A stretch of DNA of 63,828 nt, counting the filler, from Hyphochytrium catenoides (lineage: Eukaryota > Protista > Hyphochytriomycota): assembly GCA_900088475.1 (NCBI GenBank). It is 6 parts of 6 records of this genome, joined end to end, with 100 filler letters (N's around TTAATTAATTAA, not from the genome) between each part and the next. Parts side by side here need not be neighbours in the genome. Positions count along the whole stretch, not along the records: positions 49,752 to 62,632 come from FLMG01002126.1; 5 more parts are not named here. One strand, written 5' to 3'. A model generated the notes under the pieces. The model was not told the DNA's origin. It made no database searches and worked only from the letters and a program-made list of their open reading frames with translations. Numbering within the stretch: position 1 is the stretch's first letter; each line of letters opens with the position of its first letter. Shown piece by piece: positions 50,659 through 61,270 of this stretch. Position numbers and translations under genes: made by a program.

Positions 50659-51708
50659 TGTGTCTCTCTCTCTCTCTTTTCCTCTCTGTCTCTCTCTCTT
50701 TCTCTCTCTCTCCCAGCTCCCTCAGGGCACGACCCTCCGGCCCGAGATGCTGGACATGATCCTGGCGATGGACTCTCTGGTGGACACAGTTCCTTTGCTT
50801 TTGAACAGGAGAGAGGCGAAGTTCATCGGCGTCACGCTCTACGTCGATGACAGAGGAAGTGCCAAGGGCTTGCCTTTGAATGTTAGGGCTTCTGACATCG
50901 CCAGCCAGTGCGGGAAGCCCATGCAGGTGCTCGGCGATGCGTTCATTGGGAGAATGTACGATAATGGTGAGCAGTAGGGCCTCTTCTCTCTCTCTCTTTC
51001 TCTTGCTATCTCTCTCTTTCTCCCTCTGTCTCTGTCTGTCTCCTTTTCTCTCTGCGTCTCTCTCTCCTTATGTCTCTTTTCTTTTCCCTCTTTCTCACAG
51101 ACACCGAGAGATCTTCTCCGGTTACCCGCTCTGTCTTTGTCTCGCTGGCTTCCTATAGAGCCCCCATTTCACTCTCTCTCTCTTCATGCTCTCTCTTTTT
51201 CTCTCTGTCTTTGTCGTGCGTCTCTCTCTCTCTTTTGGTTTCCTCCTTTACCTCTTGTTTCTCTCTCTGTCGCAGGAGCTCTCCTCCTCTGCCCTATATT
51301 ATTCCTGGTATTCTCTCGCTGCGCTTCTGTTCTCTTCCTTGCTTCTTTCTCCTGGCAGCAGGTCAGTTAATCCTCCTTTCTCTCTCTCTCTTTTTTCTTT
51401 CTCTCTCTCCGCCGTCTTAAGATGATGACCTGAAGCGCCTGGACTTCACCCTGAAGGACCTGGACAGCTCTGCTTCCTGGATCAAGAAGGCAAGAGAGAT
51501 GAACAAACAGCTTGCCGCCGCTGCTAGTAGAGGAGAAAGTGGTAAAGGAGAGAGAAAGATGACGGGAGAGAGAGAGAAAAGCTGCAACTATGTTGATTGT
51601 GCCGCTCCTGCCTCTTCCCGCTGCAGTCGCTGCAAGAAAGTTTTCTATTGTTCAAAAGAGCATCAAGTCGCTGACTGGAAGGCTCACAAGCGCCAGTGCG
51701 CCGCTTAA
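50033..51708 (+). CDS. zf-MYND protein (~237 aa) with a conserved N-terminal globular domain
   Basis: Exons 50033-50209, 50717-50966, 51422-51708 (phases consistent). C-terminal MYND finger CNYVDC...CSRCKKVFYCSKEHQVADWKAHKRQC. N-domain motif LYVDDRGSAKGLPLNVRASDIASQCG...VLGDAFIGR. Confidence 0.88.
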
Positions 51709-52173
51709 GATACGCGCGCGAGCGCGAGAGAGAGAGAGGAAAAAAGAAGAGAGAAAGAGAGAGAGGGGTTATGCTTGATGGCCAAAGATAAGAAGTGTTT
51801 GAACTAGGATATCAAAGAGGAAAGTACAGGATATAAAGATCTCCTGATGACGCTGCTAGGAGAGAAGTCAGTCGAGGATGAGGACACCTTTTCTTTCCAT
51901 TCTCTCTCCTTGTAAGAGTTGAATTTATTTATGTACAGGCCTGAGTCCCATCCTATCGAAGAGAGATGTCCCTCTTCATATTTCTTCTTCTCTCCCTTTT
52001 CACTTCTTCTCTACTTTCTGTCCCTCCAACTTCTTGTCTTACAGCTAGCAGAGAATCTCAATCTCTCTCTCCCTTGGATGCCTCTCTCTCTCCCTGTCTG
52101 CGATGAGTCTCTTTTTGCAGCCCGCGTCTGAACCAGTTCTGAGAGCAGAGAGAGGAAATGAAAGGGTTTAGGG

Positions 52174-55100
52174 CTATTTGTCTGGTGCGGTGAGCGGCAG
52201 ATGGAGACGCTGCAGCGCTTCTTCCCTAGTCAGCCATATCTCCTCTTTCTCTCTGTCTCTCCCATAAAGTGTGACCGCTACTCTGGTGGGAAGACGTGAG
52301 TCTATCCATTGCAGCCTAAGCTCGATCTCTCCTGCTATAGCTCTTTCTGCAGCGGAGTGCGAAGAGAGAGAGAGAGACGTAGGTAGCCTCTTCTCCCAAA
52401 ACTTTCTTCTCTTCAGCGGGAGGATAGCGTGATATACCTTCCCTCCTGCCAGCTCTGCCATGGGGATCACAACCTGCCATTGACAGCGAAACACATGGAA
52501 AGAGAGAGAAAGAGAATGAAGACAGAGAATATGGAGAGAGTGAGAGAGAGAAGCTGACATTTGCGGCAGGGCTTTACGCTAGGGTGAACTATATCCCTGC
52601 CCAGAATTATTGCAGAGATGAAGCGTAAAAGATTCTAGAGGAGAGGAAAGAAAGATAAGGGAAGGGAAGGGAGAAAGCAAGAGAAAGAGGAGAGAGACAG
52701 AGAGAAAAAGAGAGAAAGAAGAGATTGTCTGTCTGTATGAGTGAATGGCCAGGTGCCCACCACTCACCTCTCCTACATAGCTTCCAATCGCCCCTGTGGC
52801 TCCATTTCTCTCCTTTCTGCCCCCTCCCATGAGTCTATTATACACAGTGAGGGTCACTCTCTCTCTCTTGTCAGTCACCGGGACCTCGAACCTCTCTCCC
52901 CAGCGCGGCTGCGTGGTGCCCCAGCGGACAGAGGTGTGGAAGAGAGAGGAAGAACAGCGGATCTCACAATAGCGATCATTCAGGAGAGAAGAAGAGGAAG
53001 GAAGGCGCTTCGCTCCGATGACGTAGAGGCAGAGAATGTCAGGAGTAAAGACCAATCTCTCGCCTCTTCCTTCTCTTTCTCTCTCTTCTTTTACTTCTCT
53101 CTCTGGGCTAGAGTCGTGAGGGTAGTAGTCCAAAAGCTTGGAAATGGTGGCCTGGCGATAAAGTCCAGGCTCCGAAGGATCAGATATCAACACTGAAGCT
53201 CCGACCTGAGAGGGAAGAGAGAGAAAGAGACAGAGAGATAGAGTGTTTGTTACTCCCCCGCACCGAGCTTACACCCCACGACGCTGCAACATACGAGGAT
53301 GCTCCGCGAAAGACGGGAGTGGGAGGCAGAGGAAAGAGGCTTTTGAGAAAGAAAGAGAAGAAGAGTCAGAAACGCACAGAGTCCCCGAATAAAAGGGAAA
53401 GAAAGACTCAGAATGTAACGTAACACACATTGCCGAGGACAGAGAGACAGAAACTGAGTGAGGCACACAGCCAGAGAGAAAGAGAGAGAACGAGAGAAAG
53501 GTAGAGGATTTGAGAGGGGCATCAGCGGTCAGGATGGGCTTATTGACTAAGCGGGACTGTGGCTGGAGAAAGGAGAGAACTACCTCAAAGAAGTCTATCA
53601 TGGTCGGCACCCAAGGGCGGCACTTCGCCCTCGGCACCCAGACGGCGACATCCTTAGAGTTGTGATGCCAAGAGAGGAGAGAAGAGGAGGAAAGAGAAGA
53701 GGAAAGAGAGGAAGAGAAACCCAAAGGCTCTCTTCTCTCGAGGTCTTCCTTCCCTCCGTCGTCCGGCCGCGGGCTTACACTGCTTGGAGACCCAGACGGT
53801 GAGAGTGCAGGAGGGCACACTCCAGAAAAAGAGACCTGGTCAGTGGAAAGGAAAGCAACAGGTCAAAGAAAGTCTATGAGAAAGAGACAGCGGTCAAGAA
53901 AGAGACTCAGCGAGAGGATTAAGGCAGATGACTCAAAGGTGGTAAGGGTCCCGAGAAATGAAAGAACCCTTGGCAAGGCAGAGCACCTCTCAGTCGCTGC
54001 AAATAACAAGGGAAGAGGGTAGGAAAGAGAGAGAGAGAAAGAGAGAGAGAGAGTCAGGCTTGTGGAGATGGGGAAAGAGGGAAGGTCGCAGAGAGCAGTG
54101 AGAGGCATTCAAGACGAGCAGATAGAAAACAATAGTGAAGGATGCAGAAAGAACGATTCGAAGAAAGGAAAGAAAGAAAGAAAGAGAGACAGAAAAAGAG
54201 GCACCTGTAGCTTGTCGGTTCCAACCCAAAGCACCACCGCCGAGTAGAATTCAGCAGTACCTCTCCCATCCCTCTCTCCCTCTACTAATATCTCTCTCCC
54301 TATCATCTGCATGGAGCGGTGCACCGCTGCTTTCTGTCTTCGACTCCTTCTCTTGATCTCCACTCTCAGTGCGGCACTCTGCCCGTGCACACTGCTTCGG
54401 AGCAAGAAGAGAGAGAGAAGAGTGAGATGCTCCAAGAGAGAAAAGGCAATGAGTCTCTCTACATTTGTTAGGCAATCCTGCACGGGGCCGTAGGTCTCCT
54501 CGCTCACAGGACATCCCCAGAGTACGTCTAACCCTCCCGTAGTGTTAACAAAGAGTCCAACAGCCACGGCGAGAGACAGAGAAGAGAGAGAGAGAAAGAT
54601 TCTCTCCCACTGTCCAATGCCATGCGCTCTCTGAGGCATTGCCCTGCGATAATCAATGCAAATCCTCACAGCATCAAAATGCTGGGCAGCCAGATTGTGC
54701 AAGAGGGCGCAGAGGGCGCAGAAGGGCCAAACAATGGAAAACATAGTCACCACCGAGAACTGCAGTGCCATCCGAAGGAAGTCTTCAAAAGGAGAGTAAG
54801 AGGAGAATGAGGAAAGCTCTAAGATCTCTGTCGAAGATCGACAGAGATCACGGCAGTTCCACTCTTTCTTTAGCCTGAGCCGGGAAGACAGATCGCGACA
54901 AGCGCCGGCGGACGAGGCAAAGCGAGTCTGAGATGAGGAGAGAGACTCCTTCATCCGCTGGTACCAAGGGTCAGACGATTCCAAAGCTACGTGTGGGGAT
55001 AGGGAGCCCTCCTGACATAGCGACAGCGTGGAAGTACAGAGACATAGATAGTAATGTTCGTAGGGAGAGTAACCGGCGGAGAGAGAAAAATGGCGCAGGG

Positions 55101-57830
55101 AAAGACACATTTTGTTAGAAAATGAGAAGAACAAGAGGTAGAGAGGTAGTAAAGGAGGCGCGAAAAAGAGAGACAAAGACCGAGCGAGAGAGAGATATCG
55201 GAAAAGATGCAGACAGCAATTCCTTACCTCGACCGTAGAAATAATCCGTTCGTCCTCTTCTTCCAAGCTTGGGCTCCCTACCATTGCCTTGGGCAGAGCA
55301 GCGTTCTCCTCTGTCTTCTCCTGTTGATTCACATTCCTTTTCACGCGGTTACCAACATACATCTTCACCGCTCTCCCTGCGTCCACGAAGGCATCAGAGG
55401 TGGAGAGGAAGTGCTCCCTTCCTCTTCTAACTGCCTTTCTTAGCAAGACTGGAGCAAAGGTGTTGACTATGAGGTTGAGCAGCTGCGTCACAATGAGTGG
55501 AGTGACAAACGCCTTATCCATAGCCAGTCTCCCCTCTCTCCACTCCCTTGCGTACAGCACTCTTCCTCTAAAGGTGAGGAGCTCATTGCTATCCACATTC
55601 TCCTTGATCCAGTGCTGCAGCTCTGCTCCGTACGGAGTGTACACGAAGGCGAGAAGAAAGAACCAGGAGAAATAGCCTGTCCATACGAAGATGAAGGTTT
55701 TAAGCGTGTAATGGTACTCTCTCTCCTGCAGCGTCCGCCAGTTCTCCCATAGGGTCCACCGATGACTTGCCCAGTCAAAGAACGCGGTGAAAAGAATGTC
55801 AATGGCTAAGCCTAGGATGATACCTTGGACAAGGATGTACAGCCATCTCGCGCTCCCAATATGCGCCGTTGCCGTCGGAAAACAACCAAGAAAGGAGGAA
55901 CAAGGGGGAGAAACGGCGCCGAGGGCGCAGTACGCCTCACAATCTGCCCCGTACTCGGAAGAGAAAGGCAGACGACGGCGGCACGCCTCGAGGCAGGAAG
56001 ACAATGTCCCACTGCAGCGTGGATCCCCGCATTGTGGGGTCATGACTGCTATGATATACCACTGAGCGAAGAGAGCTACCAGCACTATGACGACAGAGAT
56101 GCAGATGAGAGCAAAGAGAAAAGACAGAAGACGTTTGAGAGTGCGGGCAAGAGCGCTGTACTCTTTGACCTCCACATACTCTGGCGGCTCCCCTTCTTCC
56201 GCTATGTTCACCTGTCTGATGCGATAATGCTTAAACTGAGGGTTCTCCTCTTCTGCCTCCTTGTAGAACATCACTCCGTAGCGTACTCTTAGCTTGTTCT
56301 CTAGCCTCTCCCACACTTTCAGCATGCACGGTGCCCACACCAGAGCCACCAGAAGTCCAAACAGAGAGAGACACGAGGCATACAGTCTATAGTCCAGCCA
56401 GCGGAGTGAGAGCCAAAGGAGGGTGCCAACGATCGCGATGACTTTAAGAGAATCCACATAGTGAGAGACAAAATGAAAATAGAAGGCAACTTTCAGGCCA
56501 AAGTGATTCTTAAAGCGGAGAAGGACGAGGTTCTTTCGTGCGCTATTGCCCGTTATACTGCGCCAAAGGCCCATGATCTCATTGTTGAAGTGTGGGTCAT
56601 GCAACGGGAAGATGGCATGAATCGCTGGATCTGTGTTCTCTTCGATCCCTGACAGCCCAGCACCAGGAGGAGAGACGTTGGAAGAGCGGCAGAGTAAACG
56701 GCCCAGAGCTTCGAGTCTCTCGGCAGGACTGAGGCGTCTTTTCTCTCTCTTTCTCTCTTCCATCACAGAGTCCATCTCTTCCTCACTATACAGTTCTGCC
56801 ATTCTCTCCAGGCGAAGGAGCCTGTCTTCTCTCTCTACCAGCCATTCTGGCGCATGGAGAAGGAGAACAATGTAATCCTGAGAAGTCCTTGTAGGTTGGA
56901 GTTCTGTTAGCCTCAGTTCTGCGCTTATAAGCCGACGAAGGAGGTCGAGCTGTGCCTCTTCCTCTCTCTTGTCTCTCCTAAGAATAAGGGCGAAGTCATA
57001 CTCTAAAGACGGACGGAGGTTGCACAGAGCCACCAGCTCTCTGTCTAGGACGATGCACTTGGTAAAGCGCCGCGCCACAATCCTTGTCCTTATATCTCTC
57101 TCTTGCATCAGGTCTCTCTCCATCTCTTCTCTCTTTTTATCTCCCTTCGAGGATACTATGGAGAGAGCGCCAAAGTGATCGTAGCGGGAGAGGTTGCCTC
57201 TCTCCTCCCAGTTGGCAGCTCCGTCTCCACTAGGTCCCGGTGAGTGTACAAGGCGAGAGACTTCTCCTGTTTCTATTATAAATAGCTTAGAAAGTGCCTC
57301 TTCGTGGGTGGTGATGACCTCGTCCTCTTCATAGATCAGCATCTTGCACAGCGGAGCAAGCTCCCGAAGCTCTTCGATCTGGAGGAAGAGAAGTCAGCCA
57401 TAGAGACAGATCGAGAGAGAGAGTTCAAGAGAGAGGAGCGAGGAACATGAGAAAGAGACACAGTGAGTAGGTGAGTTAGAGTAAGAGAGAGAGATAATAA
57501 GATCCGTTAGAGCATGGGAAGGCTGCAAGTACACAGCCGAGAGAACAGTGGCAAGAAAGCGGGGAGGGGAGTCGACGCAGCCCTACATAGCAAAAAAAAG
57601 AGAAAGGCACCTTCGGCGTCATACTAATCTGTCTCTCTGACCTGAAGCTGCCTTAGTAGCGGCACGTCCTGCAGGAAAGAGACACTGATCTCTGTGTTCC
57701 TCCTGGTGGCCGCATCAATCTTAGAAAAGAACAAGGGGCTGCGGCGCCGCCCATGGCTGGAAATGACGTGAGGATCCTCCTTAGGGCCTTGGATGGCTGG
57801 AGGCGCCCTCTTACGCAGTCGAGGAAGCAT
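52174..57830 (-). CDS. Anoctamin/TMEM16-family protein (~1378 aa) with N-terminal cyclic-nucleotide-binding(-homology) domain and C-terminal Tudor-like and C2 domains
   Basis: All phase-0 exons: 57830-57642 (start uncertain), 57378-55228, 55011-54205, 53835-53584, 53205-52768, 52473-52174. CNBD: FLQDVPLLRQLQ|IEELRELAPLC...LFIIETGEV...DHFGALS...IVARRFTKCIVLDRE. TMEM16: IFPLHD, KNHFGLKVAFYFHFVSHY, WTLWENWRT...YTLKTFIF, PFEDFLRMALQFSVVTMFSIVWP, DAVRICIDYRR..PQRAHGIGQW, LEHL. C2: LCLYVIGAKRL...DRYCEIR...TTQPRWGERFEV...GEIELRLQW. Confidence 0.9.
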
Positions 57831-59251
57831 GGCGTCGCCGTCCTCCAAAGACACCTGTCTCGCCCTTTCACACTACAGCTAATGCAACCATCACTCTTCT
57901 TCACGAGGAGGAGGCAATCATTAAAGAGATCATCTAGTTCCTCTTCTCTCCCTTGTGGTCCTCCTATTCGTCGGAGCTTGAAAGCCAGGTTGTCAGAGCT
58001 GTGGCTGGGGAAGAAGCAGCTTGGCAGCAACGCCTTCTTCCCACAGCAGCAGGTCGTCGATGATGGAGACGAAGCTTCATAATAAACGCGATGGCGTCTC
58101 TTTCTTCGTCTGATTCTGAACAGCGCAGTGTCTCTCTATCCATGCAACTTTACACAGCGAATGATTCATAGATTTCTAGCCCGTTGTTATATTACTGGTT
58201 ATTGGACCATGTCTTCGACAGTCTGGGACATTGAAATATTGAAGTTTGCGGGCGGGCGTTAGAGTCTTCCCCCAGGACTTGTCATTTTGATGACTGATGT
58301 GTCGATGATGAGAGAAGAAAGGAGGAGGAGGAGGATGTGAAGCAGCAGCAGCGGACGGAGACTGCTCCTGAGTATTATTATATATTGTGAAGCCTTTCTT
58401 CTTCGCTCGTTGTTGTTGTCGTGGTGGTGATCGCAGCAGCAACATGCCTTGCTTCTTCTTCTTTGATGCTGCTCCTGCGGTGCCCTCATCGAGAGGAGGA
58501 CTATTGGTGATCAGCAGTTCTGCTTGTGTGATCGATGAGGGAGGACAACATCGACCAGCAACGTAATAAAATCTACTCCGTAAATTATCTTCTAGTGGTA
58601 GTGAACTCTTCATGATCAGTCAGTCCGCCCTATCAATATTGTTTGCTTCCCTCTTGCTTGCCTGTCAGGCGGAGAGAGGCCTTTGCTTGGAAGCAGTTGT
58701 TATCACCCTGGCACTATTGTCATCAAGATACAATAATCAATCTTTAGCGAAAAAGTGTTCACCGGGCAGCTACTATTATCATGTACGGCACTACTAGACT
58801 AGTGGTAGTGTGGTTGAAGAAGAGTTCGCTGCTGGCATAGACGAAGCTGCTCTCCCTCTTAGTTAGTAATAACCACCAACAGTCACACTAGGGTTGTTGT
58901 CTAATCTTTATAGCGCAACCATAAGGCATGTCTTGCCTCCTCCTCCGCTAGCGCAGCACGCTGTAAGACTAAATAACAAACACCCCAGACTCGCATTTAG
59001 AAGTTTTTTCTTTCTGGTCACTAAAGAACATGCCTCATCGCAAGAAAGCCAAATATATTTAAACCTTCATTCTTCTTTCTGCCCCGATTTTTGAATACTT
59101 TTGCGTATCCTCTAAGGAGCTAGTTCTCTTCTCGTCTATGTCAAGCAACAAGACACCCCGCCTCTTTTCAGACGGGATCTCAGAAACAGCAACCACTGCT
59201 CAGCCATCTACTACCTAGACTTTACCTGTCATGCCAAGCAGCGACGAGCTA

Positions 59252-59671
59252 CTACTTAGGCAAGAGGGGATCCCGATGCGCCTCTGGTGGATCCAGATGG
59301 ACTCCGAAAGGCGCAAGAGCGAGCCGAGCGAGCTTTAGATGCGCCCAAGCAAAGGGAATTCCGATAATGGTCACAAACATTGAGAGGGACCAGAAGAGAT
59401 GGTTTATCGCTAGCACGATGCCCAATGGTAGCCAGAGGATGTTTAGACACAGAGATAGTAGGCCACTGGATCCCACAGTAGGGGCGTTATCCACGTTTAG
59501 AGAGAAAGGGAGAAGGGAGAGCCAGGCAATTTTGAAACATTGAAATCCAAAGGGAATGCCAACAATGGTGAGACAGAGCACCAGGCCCACGGCAGCCCAA
59601 AGAAGGAAGGACTCAATGCCTCCAAGCAAGAGCCAGAGTACGGTCAACAATAGCTCGAGAAGTTGATTCAT
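59252..59671 (-). CDS. yccF: Stand-alone YccF-family (inner membrane component) protein, 139 aa, intronless
   Basis: Two YccF half-repeats: LWLLLGG...LCLTIVGIPFGFQCFKIAWLSLLPF and LNILWLPLG...TIIGIPFAWAHLKLARLALAPFG. Confidence 0.88.
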   Translation of the reverse strand: MNQLLELLLTVLWLLLGGIESFLLWAAVGLVLCLTIVGIPFGFQCFKIAWLSLLPFSLNVDNAPTVGSSGLLSLCLNILWLPLGIVLAINHLFWSLSMFVTIIGIPFAWAHLKLARLALAPFGVHLDPPEAHRDPLLPK

Positions 59672-60557
59672 GCTTGCGCGGAATGGATGTGGAGGAGGAG
59701 GAAGCCTTTTCTGCCGGTAGAGACACGATGATGATGTGCCGCTAGTGCCTTTCGTTTCTGGTGTAAGGTCACAATATTTGAGAAAGCTTGTAAGGATCGG
59801 CAACAGGCCGCCCGGCCAGACTGGAAGCCTAGACTCTGACTGGCAAGTCTATGTTGTCTCTTTTGTTGCTGACACTTTCTTGCAATAAATTAATTATAAA
59901 GCCTGGCGTGAGCCTTCGCAGAGCAAGTTGATTGGATAGTACGTATTGACTACGAGCATAGACGACCAAAGAGCCCGAAGTCTGGCGAAGTCGGTTCAAC
60001 TGGACTGGCAGCAGCTGCTGCAGTGAATGACCGGAGATAAAGAAATGACTGAGAAATCGCACGATGCATAGCGGAGCCTCTATTCCAACAAGGCAGAGCA
60101 CAGACCACCAGCAGCGGGCTGCGGCGCGGCAGGACATACAGGCCGCTGCCGCTCAAGAACATCGATGAAGGAGCTTGGAAATGCAACTTCGGAACAGAAA
60201 AGACAATGGCAGAAGCTTCTGATCAGTGTGGATCCGCGGTAGATAAAGATACGCAAAAATAGATAGCCGCAGTCGGTAGACAGAGAGCCACCAAACTGTT
60301 GTGATGACGCCAGACAGAGCCTAAAGGTTTGCACCGTTTAGCGTGACAGAGTCAAGTATGAAAGGAGAGACAGAGTACGGAGAGATAGGTAGTACGTCAA
60401 GACAGAGCGTTGTAGAAGAGAGACAGAGCGACGGGACAGAACATGTTAGGGGAACAGCCATAAAGTTATGAGGTCTGTCTGAAACGGTTATTGTTCCCCA
60501 TCCAAAGGGGGGCCAAGCGATGCGGAGTGTACATACACTGGACAACAACAACTACAA

Positions 60558-60804
60558 GTGGTGCGTACCTTCGGCTACCTAGGTATCCATATGCCCCATC
60601 CCCGTGTTAACCTTAAACCACGGTACTCACCACCTATGAGACCAAGGATCCTAAGACGATAAAGGGTCAATCCCACACTTTCCCCAGGATCTTATGTGTG
60701 GGGACCCAGAATTCCCCCTGGTCCTCAACACAAAAAAGTAGGTTTGGTACTCAGGAGCCATATCTCTCGATGAGGGTTGCCTATGTCCTGAGGGAGCTAA
60801 ACCT
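60558..60804 (+). other. Candidate structured RNA/DNA element (three consecutive long stem-loops)
   Basis: Paired segments: 60558-60569/60622-60633 (11 of 12), 60637-60644/60719-60727, 60664-60678/60696-60707, 60740-60748/60796-60804, 60750-60756/60786-60792. Confidence 0.4.
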
Positions 60805-61094
60805 CTATCTTATTGTGCCGAATGCCTCCTCTAGCTTGTCCCTTAGTCAGCTCTGTCTCGTAGGTTGAAGTTGGTGGGAAATAAGTTCAGAAGGGCCAGC
60901 AGGAGGGCGGGTGGGCGGTACATACAGGCCAGGGCGGGCATCTCTGTAGGAAAGGAGAGATTCTCTCTTCACATCTCTTCCTCTCTTTCTCTTTTCTCTT
61001 CCTTCTGTCGTCCTCTCCTCCTTTTCCTTCTCTCACTCTTTGTTCCTTGTTTCCATCTCTTTCTCTCCATCCTCTCTCTCTCTCCATCCTCTCT

Positions 61095-61270
61095 CTCTTT
61101 CCTTTCCCTTTCCCTCCCTCTTTCTTGTCATTCCTCTAACTGTTTCTGTCATCTCTCTCTCTCTTTCTCTCCCTCTCGCTCTTTCCTTTCCCTCTCCCTC
61201 CCTCTTTCTTGTCATTCCTCTAACTGTTTCTGTCATCTCTCTCTCTCTTTCTCTCCCTCTCGCTCTTTCT
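61095..61270. repeat. 84-bp tandem duplication (2 copies) in CT-rich sequence
   Basis: CTTGTCATTCCTCTAACTGTTTCTGTCATC at 61124 and 61208. Confidence 0.85.

Noticed and set aside
53987-53996. 10-nt AG/GT-flanked micro-exon in the anoctamin gene
   Set aside because: Inclusion shifts the frame to a stop; the direct phase-0 join gives a coherent Tudor-like domain
18099-57830. Clustered Ca2+/cAMP signalling locus (GPCR, CnB-like, anoctamin)
   Set aside because: The genes lie on different contigs separated by artificial spacers, so there is no evidence of linkage
60609-60619. AACCTTAAACC as a telomerase RNA template
   Set aside because: One mismatch to a TTTAGGG template and no other telomerase features identifiable
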